Assembly: GCF_001194135.2 (NCBI RefSeq)
Contig: NC_068982.1
Location: 117,766,025-117,830,024, forward strand
Direction of reading: 5' to 3'
Source: Octopus bimaculoides
Taxonomy: Eukaryota
Length of the DNA stretch: 64,000 nt
How positions within the stretch are numbered: the stretch's first letter is position 1; each line of letters starts with the position of its first letter. Of the stretch, positions 52,924 through 64,000 are shown piece by piece. The translations under genes and the position numbers were made by a program. The notes under the pieces were generated by a model. That model saw nothing but the letters and a program-made list of their open reading frames with translations. It ran no database searches and was not told where the DNA came from.

Positions 52924-54043
52924 ATGTTGTACTAGTACTAGGCAGGTTCTCATTTATATCTCAATGCACTTCTTCAACAAGTCTCGTGGTTTCTACAAGG
53001 AGACAGCAAGCTTTCCTCTCTAGGAATCGAAAATACGATGCCAAGATCGTGAATAAGCCTAATAGCCTGACCGTTATAGCAAGAGTCTATATACTACGAG
53101 CAGGCACACACATGCATACATATATATCCCCACCACACTCACACACATTCATATAAAACCTACGCAATCACATATAAATTTTATGTGACTGTATGTGCGT
53201 AGCTGACTGAATTATATTCCATTTGGCTATCTAATCACATTCATTATTGATACGTTACCCATGTCATTATCAGTATGGTTTCAACTTGTATTTATTATCA
53301 CAACAGTATGTAATTTTAGTCATTATCACAATGGTGTCTAGTTGCAATTCTGAATTCGTTGTTGTCCAGTTTTCTTTATTATCACTATATTATCTAAATT
53401 TCTTCATTATTACTTTCTGCATAGTTTTATTCATCATCATTCAGATTTCGAGCATAGCGAAATTATTATCAGGACATAACACGTTCTATGATATCACTAA
53501 CAATGTTAATTCAGCAGACGTATTCCAGTTTGATTTTACAAAAACGAGTGGTTCTCATTCTGTATGAGATACCTAATGGTGTAAGCCCCGGTTTGATACA
53601 ACTGTACGGATTATCACTGATGTTTACACACACATACACACACATACATACATACACACACATACATACATACACATACACACACACAAACGTACGCATA
53701 CACACGCACACACACGCACACATACACACACACACGCACAAACACTCAAACAAACACTCAGACATATACATACAACGGGCTTCATCCAGTTTTCATTTAC
53801 TCACGAGGAAGTGGTGCCCCAAGGTTATAATAAAAATGATCTGAGCAAGGTCTCACGACATAGTGGAACTAAGCAGGGAACCATGTAGTTTGAAGCAAAC
53901 TTCTTACCACACAGTCAGGCTTGTACCTATTGAAATGAGACGGTGGACGAGGAAAGCTTGGTGTCTCCTTGTAGAAACCACGTGACTTGTTGAACAAGTG
54001 AGTTGAGATATAAATGAGAATCTGCCTAGTACTAGTGCAACAG
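52924..54043. mobile_element. Non-autonomous TIR element, 95-bp TIRs, TA TSD
   Basis: 52924-53018 is the reverse complement of 53949-54043 (about 8 mismatches); TA at 52922-23 and 54044-45. Confidence 0.82.
53785..53932 (-). mobile_element. Second tRNA-derived SINE family, 5' part
   Basis: Reverse complement reads aggtacaagcctgactgtgtggtaagaagtttgcttcaaactacatggttccctgcttagttccact (A/B-box-like head). Confidence 0.65.
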
Positions 54044-54241
54044 TATCTCTGTTCTCTTCATCATATATGCAGTCATCACATTCAATTAGAATGTTTTATT
54101 GATGTGTTTGGTTTTTTTCTTTCCCTGATGAGAAGATCGCATTGTTATACGCAATTTTATCCTTTCTCGAATAATACCAACGTTTTCTTCGAAAGATGTT
54201 CGAAGTATAAAGATTTGAATAACACCTGCGTTTAACTCCAT

Positions 54242-54323
<82 letters not shown>

Positions 54324-54659
54324 ATTTGGGGATGGTCATGTTGTCAGTTTAGCCAATAAAAACACACGCACTGTATATTTGGTGTTAATTTGCTTCAGCT
54401 TTATATTATATTACATTACATTAATCATATTTCGGCCAGAGTTCTTTCTTCACACTTCTGTGACCTCATCTGTAGTCCTTTGCTTTCTTCTTTCTTATAT
54501 GTGTGTCCCTCCTTGCTAACGATCAGCCATTTTGTATTTTGTATTCCTATTGTATGTGTCTACTCATGCGTATCCCTCTATGTATGTCTATGTTTTGTAA
54601 GTGCATGTGTGTGTATGGGGAGTGTCTGTATTATCTGTATCCTCTGTTAATACATGAAA

Positions 54660-55110
54660 CCATCAAACGTAACGATAGGAATGGGATTTGCCCACTCTAT
54701 AGGAGCAAATCATGGAACACCATTGAAAGGATTAAGAAGAAAATAGGGAAGGCCAACTGATGGTATGATAGCCACAAATACCAGAGCGTCATGTTCGTCG
54801 ATACCACCCCTAAAGGCGAACTGGCGTACTGCTTTAGAAGGGCCCTAGATAAACTTAAACTAAGAATTAAGGTTGTTGAAAGGCCAGGCAAACCTATCAA
54901 ATCCCTTATCAGTAGAACCTACCCTTTTAGTAGAGCCCCCTGCACTGATAGGTACTGTACTGTATGTAGATTTAGCCCACAAACAAACTGTAAAGCCAGA
55001 GATGTGGTCTATAGTATAAAATGTACAGAGGGACGATGCAGTAACAAGACAACAACGTATGTACGGGAAACAGCACGGAGCATAGGAGAGCGGGTAGTCG
55101 TTCTTCACTC
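54660..55110 (+). mobile_element. Penelope-like element C-terminal fragment with GIY-YIG endonuclease
   Basis: GICPLYRSKSW, FVDTTPKGEL...IKVVERPGKPIKSLISRTYPF...CTDRYCTVC...KARDVVYSIKC...YVRETARSIGER. Confidence 0.88.
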
Positions 55111-55319
55111 GTTTGTTACTGTTTTTAGTTTGACTCATGTCCATTGTCCAAAAATGTTTCCTCATGCATTTGTGACCTCTTCAGCGAGTGAAGAACGAAT
55201 ATATAGAGCATGCCAAAAAAGTAAATAAATAAAAATTGACCTTCACGAAATAAAACAATACCTGTTCCAACACATGGTTTCACATCAGGAATCATGTAAC
55301 ACAAATTCATAAACGTATA

Positions 55320-55436
<117 letters not shown>

Positions 55437-56739
55437 ACACATATATATGTATATATGTATATATCACTTTCCCGTTTCTCACTCCAGATCCACACTGATG
55501 ATCGGCAACGTGGCTTTGAAATAACTAGATAGCAGATAGCAGGTGAAATAATCATAAGGAACACTATGCCTTATGGGCGTTTTATATACTCTAAACACAC
55601 AGACTCATACACACATCATATTCATACACTCTCACACACATTAATTCACTCAGTTCCTCGAACATGTACACACATGCGCGCGCATGAGTTTAATATCTCA
55701 AGTAAAACTTTATTTATAGTTAAAATTATTTTCCTTCTGACATAACATTAGTTTTTCTAACACCCAATTGTATTCATCATCTAGAGGAAATCTATTGCAA
55801 TTAGCATGCATTAATATAATTGTTAAAATTTGTTATGCAAAAACATCACTGCAAAGGTGACACATCCTAGAGCGAAACTATAGTGTATTCATAGAGTGCA
55901 GGAATGATTTCTAACGTTATGTACTGTTGTTAGTGGAGATATATTTGTAAGTTTGCTAGCATGATTCTCTTCACTATTTTCTCTATCTACGTAACTATAC
56001 ATCAACTAGTCAAAATATACCCTTGGACTTAGTCCGGAATATCTAGTTTCGATTTCGTTAGCAGTGCACTGTCTGCTATGATTTAGAGACGACTATATAA
56101 CCGAAAATCCAGTATTGCCCTGATGCTGCCTTTTCAATGATTTTGCTTGCCTTCATCAACAAAGCCCAGACTCTCGTATCTTCTTTTAAAACCTGTGTTT
56201 AGTTTACCTGTCCAATGAGAGTGATGACAAGTAATAACCTCCCACCTTCAAATATGCATGATAAGAAGTTTCGTGACACAGTTTATGATACCTTTGGGAT
56301 AAAACTGGGTTGCCCTTGAATTCACTTATCCAGATGTCAACCCATGAGAGTTGAGATTCAGAAATAGAGCTGGAGTTTAATAGGTCACCGGAAATATCAA
56401 GTCGAAATCAGAAAATAAGCTCTATTCCCAACTTACTGAGTGCCGCTATCTTCAGTGATGAATCTTTTAAAGGAAGGCCCATGGAATACTGTCTGAAGTC
56501 TTTCACAGCTATAAAAAAAAGCATTGCGTTCTACACTTAAAGCTTCTGTGTCTGACTGACGGGTCACTGGATGAGTTGCGATGTCCACGCTATTTCAGCA
56601 GTCCGTGGTTAAAGACTGCCACTTTTTTGAGACATAGATCTTCAGATTTTATTAGACAATTTCGTAGTCATATTTTGCATATTCCAGTTTCTTAGCCAGG
56701 GTAAAATCTTCTTTTCATTTGTTATGTCCGATGCAGGAA

Positions 56740-56990
56740 GGTTTAATTAACGCTTCAGTTTCTTGCGGTCAAGAATGTCTAGAGAATGTCTAGTTAGATG
56801 GGGCTTGTCTAGCTTGTTGCATACTGTTGCTCTCCAGTCAGTTACAACTACCTCTCTTTCAATCAAAAACTGACCCAGATACAAAGGCGCTCGCCAACTT
56901 AGCACAGACCTTTAGGCGCTAGACTATTGCATCCTGTGTTGTGCAAGCCCACTAAAACAAGTTAGAATGTTTTTAAGATGTCAAATTGAT
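56740..56990 (-). mobile_element. Possible RTE/BovB-like LINE ORF2 3' end
   Basis: DWRATVCNK...DRKKLKR* resembles the WR..V...KR..RK terminus. Confidence 0.35.
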
Positions 56991-57835
56991 CTTCTAATGT
57001 ATTAGATCTAGACAACCAGTACTGCAGTTTGGCCACTGTGGTGCCTCAACGTTTCCCGGAGCGATGTGGCAGACAGCGATAGATAACTTAGGAACTTGGA
57101 ATTTGGATTGTTCCTCTGGATATTTACTCAGGAAACCTTTTACATATATGTAGATTTGGCTGCAAAAAATCAGGGCTTTTCGGGAATTTTCTTGTTATAC
57201 GAACCGATTTCTCAGCTTTTCAATCGCTGAAAACACACATTTATACATGCGCGCCCACACACCCACATATATGCACACACTCACACATACATACATACCT
57301 ACATATATACATACATACACAGATAAAGAAATACTCGCATATAAGTGTCAGTGTATGTGCACACTCATGCTTATAAGCGTGAACGTATATTTTTTCAAAC
57401 CATGTTTTCAAGAGCAATAGCTATCTATAAACATTATGTGATAAAACATTCAAAGCTGACATTTCAATGAAGACGTTTGCAAGGCAAATAAAAACATCTA
57501 TTTGTTCTTTTGTTTGGCTGCCTGATGCAGTAAATGCTGACACAGATCTTCATGTCTGACACATAGCATGCAAAAAATAAGCGCACATTCATAATATTCC
57601 AAGTATTAACTTTTCGGAACAAACAATTCAAATTTTGTCTGTTACTTTGCAACATACCTAGAGAAACATGTAACGCCATTGTGTGAATACACGTTTAGAT
57701 TATCTACATAAATTCTAGCGTGCTGAAAAATAAAATAGACAAATAAACAATGGAAAACATTTCGTTAACGTATTTTTCTTTCTCATCTTGCTTTAAAGAC
57801 AAGATGATGTTACTCTGGTGTCCTTGTATCTGTGT

Positions 57836-57906
<71 letters not shown>

Positions 57907-59536
57907 CTTGTTTGTGTGTGTGTGTGTGCCTGTGTGTGTATGTGTGTATATGCGTGTGTGTTGTGCTTGTACGTATGCATAAATCACATCTGCTCGCGCA
58001 CAAGGTTTTCATTCATCTGATGAATATTAGATATATAAGAAGGGATATTAAAATGATATGACATCGATAAACTGTTTCTTTCACACATTAACATACCTTC
58101 CACCATGTTCCAAGATTATCCTCTTTTGTAAAAACGTTTTATGTGTTAGTCTTGTAAAAATAAATGTCTCTATTTTACTGCAAAGCTCATAATTCGGTAT
58201 TCTTTTACAATGCTTCAATATTTTGTCTCTGATCATGACCGAGAAGATTTCATACTTGAATCATAATCGTAAAGTATTTTATTTATGAAGCAATGAACAG
58301 ATGAGACTACCTTACCACCATCGTGAATGAATCGAATGGACATCTGGTTTATTGCTCAAACATGTCGAGTAAAGTGCTAAAGTCTTTCTTTATTGATAAC
58401 GCTGCTTCTAATTAGTTTCATATTTTTCGAAACCATGCTTCAAGAAACGTTCTTAGGTTGATTGCAACATTATTAAATTTACTGGCCAATATTATAAGTG
58501 ACTGCGCCTTGATTTCTTAATTTATCATATTTCATAGAAGGAAGCCTTAAACTTTGAATAAGTACATTTATCGTGTCTCGACGAAAAAGAAAATTTCATG
58601 TGAATGATTATAAATGGTTCTGAAGTTATTTGTAGATAACAAAACGCTAGATGGTGCGTACTGAAAAAAACATCTTTATCTGCAAGGCATATATGTAATA
58701 AAAGAAAATGAGAAAAATAAAAGAATTACGCGGAATATTGGGCGTGACAACCTTAGTGTTAACTAATGTTCGTGCTAATGTCTAATATCTACTTGTAATA
58801 ATGTTGTTATAGTATAGATATGAATGAAATTATTCGATAATCATTCCATTTCGATTGACATTAAATCTCAATCCAATGCAAAAGAGAGGTAACTAAGAAG
58901 ACAGTTGAGAATATTGATTTTACAATATAGCTGATGTTTGGATTCATTCACAAATATCATTTAGAACGAACTATAAAATACTGAACAAATCATACAAAAT
59001 TTCTTCTAAATGCGATAAGGTGTCCTATTGCAACATGATGAGTTCTATAATGTTCGAAGCGATATCAAGCTCGACTCGCCTAAGACGAGAACATCCTTAT
59101 TTTAGAGAAACACAATTACCTTGTGCAATCTGTCTATTGTCTAGTTTAAATATAACAAAAGTTATGTCCTACGTTATTTAGTACAATAGAATGTGAAGCA
59201 TGTCTGCACGTCTCCTTACTGAGTTATTATGTCGTTTCATTCGTGGTTCCCTAAAATGTACTTCATAATACACGCCAAGGAAAATTATAGCACCGAAATA
59301 TATAACCTCCTCACCCCACAAAGGTTCTTTCTAATATATATGCGTGCACATTTCTTTGTTTGCTTTGTGTTTGCGTGTGTGTGAGTATGAGCGTGCCCGT
59401 GTACGCGAGTATGTGTGTCAGCGTGTGACTGTTCCTCTCTCTCTGTGTCTGATATACTGCCGGATTTCTTTGTACTCAAGCTTTGTAACATCATCAGCTT
59501 AATCAGGATCTATCTCTCTATCCTTCAGCCAATTTG

Positions 59537-59579
<43 letters not shown>

Positions 59580-60167
59580 TTATGTGTGTGTGTATGTGTT
59601 TCAACGTATGTACCTTTATGTATTTAACTAATATAGAATAAGATAGGAAGTTTATATTAAATTGATATTTTTTATTAAATTGTGATTGCTTTTTGCCATG
59701 AACTATAATAATGATGATAGAAAAATCGACAAAAATAAATGAACCGGTCCTTGTTCTTATTTGTGCTACACTGAAGTTCACAATACTATTCTGCATGACA
59801 AGTTGATACAATGTTGGTTTAATGTCAACTCAAACGCAATCAAGATAAACTAAAGTAAATTACATCACCGCATTGTCCTCAGGTTATGAATTACAAGTCT
59901 ACCTCAATTACAGTCGTGCTTGAAACGTCATTGAAGTTGTAAATGAAATGCCAGTTAAATAATTATGTTGTGTATATACTTTATACATTAACAATATATT
60001 AAATCTTAAGTGATAAGAATAGGTAGATTGTCTACGTGAAGTGGCATATAAAATTGTATACTGTAACGTTTTGTGATATCTGTCAAACATCAATCATTTA
60101 ACATAATCGTATATTTCATTGAGGACTGGTTGATATAAAGCAAATTTATAATATGCGATATATTGTA

Positions 60168-60990
60168 CGAGGGTTGTCTGCAAACTGCATAGTATGAGAA
60201 ACATACTCCCACGGATTGTGACCAACTGAATCTTATTTTTCAACATAGTCTCTCTTGCGCTCCGCACATTTGTGCCTTCGGTGTTAGCGTTCATCGTGTT
60301 GGACAAAATTGTCATGAATAACAGATATGCTGTCATGAAGAACAGTTGAAAGTCAAATCGGGCCAAATTAGGAGAATATGGACCGTAATCAACTAATTCG
60401 AAACCACAGTGAGGCACACCAGCCAAAGAAACTATGGACTTGTTTACTGGAGCATTATTCTGATGAAACAGGACAAAGCCTCAATACACAAATATTCCTG
60501 GTCCTTTGGTCTTGATAGTTTTTCTTAGTACTCTCCATTGATGGTGTAACCTTTTTGAAGATAAACACAATGCCTTTTGTATCCCCAAAACCTGACGATA
60601 TGATCTTCGTTGCAGATGAATCGGCTTTGGCTATCTTTGAAGCAGGTAAGGAGAGGTGTCTGCACTGAATGGATTACCATTTTGTCTCTGGCTCAAGAGT
60701 TGAATGAAAAGCTCATCCTGGATTATGGAACATTCAAGGAAAGGTGCTGGATCTGCTTGAAACAATGCCAGATTTGTCCGTGATGTGAGCAAACTGGTGC
60801 GCTTTTGATCGGGTGTCAGAAGATATGACACCCACCGAATTGAAACCTTTGTCATGCCAAGTCCATTGTTTAGAATATTCTCAACCCACCCGCGGATATT
60901 CTAATAGCACTGGCTAGTTGATCTCCTTTAATCCACCATCATGTGATGAACACGGTCACTGTTTTGATCGGTCGTAGCAGTTTTACGACG
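60168..60990 (-). mobile_element. Mariner (irritans/Himar-like), 5'-truncated
   Basis: MTKVSIRWVSYLLTPDQK, IIQDE, CGFELVDYGPYSPNLARFDFQLF; terminal ta|cgagggttgtctg at 60166-60180. Confidence 0.9.
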
Positions 60991-61039
60991 CCCATAATTT
61001 GTATCATCTTTAAGACTGTCCCTTTCTCTCCTAATTTAG

Positions 61040-61248
61040 CTACATACTATTCTGTTGTTGATAAAGATAGAATGTCATCCTCTAATGAAGCAGATATGTC
61101 AGCATTAATGCTTTTAGGGGTACTTGATAACAACATGATGCTAAGTTTTGTCCATTTTCAGGAGGACTCTCTACTAGTTACCTTTGAAGTCTTAGAACAG
61201 TGTGATATCAGTTTACCTAATCACGCAGTTATTAATAAGAATGGTTGA
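61040..61248 (+). CDS. Candidate terminal exon encoding a cytoplasmic tail (T)TYYSVVDKDRMSSSNEAD...NHAVINKNG*
   Basis: Strong acceptor gtccctttctctcctaatttag; phase 1 start matches the end of exon 40150-40228; open to TGA. Confidence 0.3.
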
Positions 61249-61750
61249 AATCAATAGATGCAAGATGTCTCAGCTGGGGCATCATTCATTCATAGTCAGC
61301 CCGTAAACATTTCGCTCTCATAGTTAAAGAAATCCTATTTGTAAATCCTATAACATTATGTGGATTACCTAATTATGAAGCTTAAAGGAATCTATACTTT
61401 CTCAATATCTCTTGAGACACAGTGAAGGGACAGAATCTTGATCTTTTAAACATAGGCATGTTTTCCCTCTGATTTGTTATGTTAGACGTCAGCAATTTAA
61501 ATCGCAACAAGATAGAATACAAGTTTACAGTATTAGGATTCGTATAGAAACCTGGCTGATAAAATGCCCGGCAATGCATTTTGTCTTATTTTTCGGAAAG
61601 ATATGACATCGATGTGCTATAGATAACTATCTTTGTATGATCAAATATAAATTTGTTGGTAAGTTGCACGAATTACACTGTGTAACAAAAAAATTATGTT
61701 TTATTTCTTTTTGCCTTTGGTCAGTAAATGATATTTCCTATTAGCTTCTA

Positions 61751-62993
61751 TCAGGTCATCCCATAAGTTCTGTCTGATTTTACCTTCTTTAAAATTGAAT
61801 GAAATTTAATAGTATTTTAGAATATCTAATGGAATTAAAAAATATTTTTATGCATTTGTGTACATTTAAACTAATTAAATATTATTTTACAGAATAATAG
61901 ATTTAAACTTTCTTCGATTAAAATCCTTTCTAACATGGAAGTATCCAAAGAGCATCTAAGGCACACAATGCTTTCTGAATACAAAAAAGGAAACTCTGCA
62001 GCCGAAGCGACTCGAAACACACACCCAGTTTATTGGAAAGAATGCTTGAATGAAAGAACTTGCAGAAGATGGTTTGCAAAATTCAGAAGCGGAGATTTCA
62101 GCTTTGAAGAAGACCGAACAGGTCATCCAGTTGAGTTTGATGATAAGCTCCTTGAGGCATTACTTGAAGAAAATACTGCATTATCAGTTGAAGAATTGGC
62201 GATGAAGCTTAGTTCAAACCATACAACTGTTCATCGTCATCTTCAACGACTTGGAAAATGGGTTCCTTATGAATTGTCCGAAAGCAACCGCAAATCCCGA
62301 GTTGACATCTGCTCTTCTCTGCATTCTAGCGAACTCGTTTCACCCTTTCTGGATAGATTTGTGATTAGTGACGAAGAAGGGATCTTCTATCAAAATATTA
62401 AACGCTGTAAACAGTGGCTTGGTAAAAGTGAAAGAGCTCAACTACAACCGAGAAGAGAATTCATGAAAAAAAAAAAGGTTCTTCTCTCTAACTGGTGGGA
62501 TTGCAAAGGAGTAATTAACTTTGAATTGTTACCACCTAATGCAACAATCAATGCTCACGTCTAATGTCAGCAATTAGAGCGTTCGAACCAAGCTTTGAAA
62601 AACAAAAAAGACCCGCTTTAGTTAATCGAAACTGAGTAATGTTTCATCAGAACAAAGCGCGACCCACACTGCAAAGATCACATCACAGAAGATCGAAGAG
62701 CTTGGTTGGGAACAAATTCCTCATCCACCATATTCTCCCTACCTTGCTCCTTCAAACTACCATTTATTTTGTAGTTTACAGAATCACTTGGGGGACATAA
62801 CTTTCGCAAGCCAGGATGAGGTCGAAACTGACATTTCAGAGTTCTTGATGGGATTAAAAAGCTTGCAAATAGATTAAAGGAAGTCATATATAATCAGGGA
62901 AAGTACACTGATGATTAAATTTCACTTAAATATAATATTTGATCACTTGCTTTTTTTATTCAAAATTCGTACAGAACTTATAGGATGATCTGA
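61751..62993 (+). mobile_element. Full-length mariner element (1243 bp) with TIRs and TA TSD
   Basis: ta|tcaggtcatcccataagttctgt ... acagaacttataggatgatctga|ta. Confidence 0.95.
61935..62918 (+). pseudogene. Mariner D,D34D transposase pseudogene
   Basis: HTH (RRWFAKFRSGDF), WVPYEL, ISDEEGI, HQNKARPH, HPPYSPYLAPSNYHLF; premature stop at 62564, frameshifts, and two catalytic Asp replaced. Confidence 0.95.
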
Positions 62994-64000
62994 TATCTAG
63001 AAATCAAAGAAAATGTCACCTTTTCCATTCAGACATTGCTTTGTGACCTGGATATCAATATTTGGAAACTGATCTATTTTTCGTTACATTTCAGACAGAT
63101 TGGGCGGTGAATTGCTGAAGTAGAAATATCGTTATAATAAACATTCTTCTCAATACCAATGATTTTTGGTTGCCAGTTGCTTGACCTTTTTTACTTCAAC
63201 ATGTGGCTGATAATTTATGTACCTCTGATCATGAGGAGTAGTAATGAGGGAGCATCATAGCTATGCGTTGAGAGGATTCCTTGGGGTTTGAATAAAAGTA
63301 ACAAAATCAAAGTTTGAAAGAAATAGTAACCCTTTTCCATACAGTGTAGGGGTAAGCAAATAAGAAATAATAGTGGTTACCCAAAGAGAAAATCGTATAA
63401 CACAGTGGTAATAACCATCTTTGAAAATTAAGTGACGAGAATGCTGCCAAAAGCTTGAACTCACAAACCGTGTATTACTAGCTAAATACATTATAATAGT
63501 TATGATAGTAGACTGAAAACAATACATTGAAATGTATTTGTTATCTACAAATCCTTACAGTTATTTTAATACTTATTTTTACTATTTATTTTGTTGAGTA
63601 TTTCTCCGATGCATGATATATTTAGTGTCATATATCGTCCAGGAAGTACACCGTTTGGTAATTATAGTTGAAATGCTTTTACAAAAAACGAACTGATAAT
63701 TCTTAGCAAAGAACAGACGATCCCCTCTGAAGAACAAATGACTTCATGCAAGATTGGAAAAGCCCAAAAATCAGAAAACAGCTGGCCTTCTTTGAAATAT
63801 ATATTGCCTTCTGTGTGCCACAGAATAAATACAGTTGAAGACCTGCCTGAAGATTAGTTATTCCTTTCATGTTATATGAGATGTAGGTAATCTCGTGCTA
63901 ATTTAAATCGTTATTAAAGGCTACTAATGTTTATTAAGAGTGAGTCTGCACGTATTCGTCTTTCAACTTATCATCAGTAGAACCCACAGCAGGCATTCTG

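Noticed and set aside
55488-55542. Segment with strong acceptor and donor
   Set aside because: Stops in all three frames; could be a UTR or non-coding exon but is unsupported.

Overview
AT-rich eukaryotic genomic DNA that reads as Octopus (coleoid cephalopod). This is inferred from the SINE families, R4/Dong-like and Penelope-like elements and the very high microsatellite density. The window has eight assembly gaps. Most recognisable content is decayed mobile DNA: several R4/Dong-type RLE retrotransposon pieces, three Penelope-like remnants, a HERO-like endonuclease fragment, RTE-like fragments, four mariner copies (one full length with TIRs), a Chapaev3-like fragment, a Helitron-like element, non-autonomous TIR elements (one Merlin-like with an 8-bp TSD) and about a dozen tRNA-derived SINEs. 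No CRISPR, rRNA or true tRNA gene is supported, and almost all supplied ORFs are microsatellite, N-gap or TE artefacts. Four things stand out. (1) A speculative, phase-consistent set of small + strand exons (10139-61248) splices into signal peptide, ectodomain, TM helix and a Tyr-motif tail of an unrecognised type I membrane protein. (2) An inverted SINE pair has arms that share private substitutions. (3) A diverged ABAB tandem array of ~400-bp units carries two nested insertions. (4) Four long fold-back structures could be ADAR substrates. All alignments were done by eye; no database search was possible.
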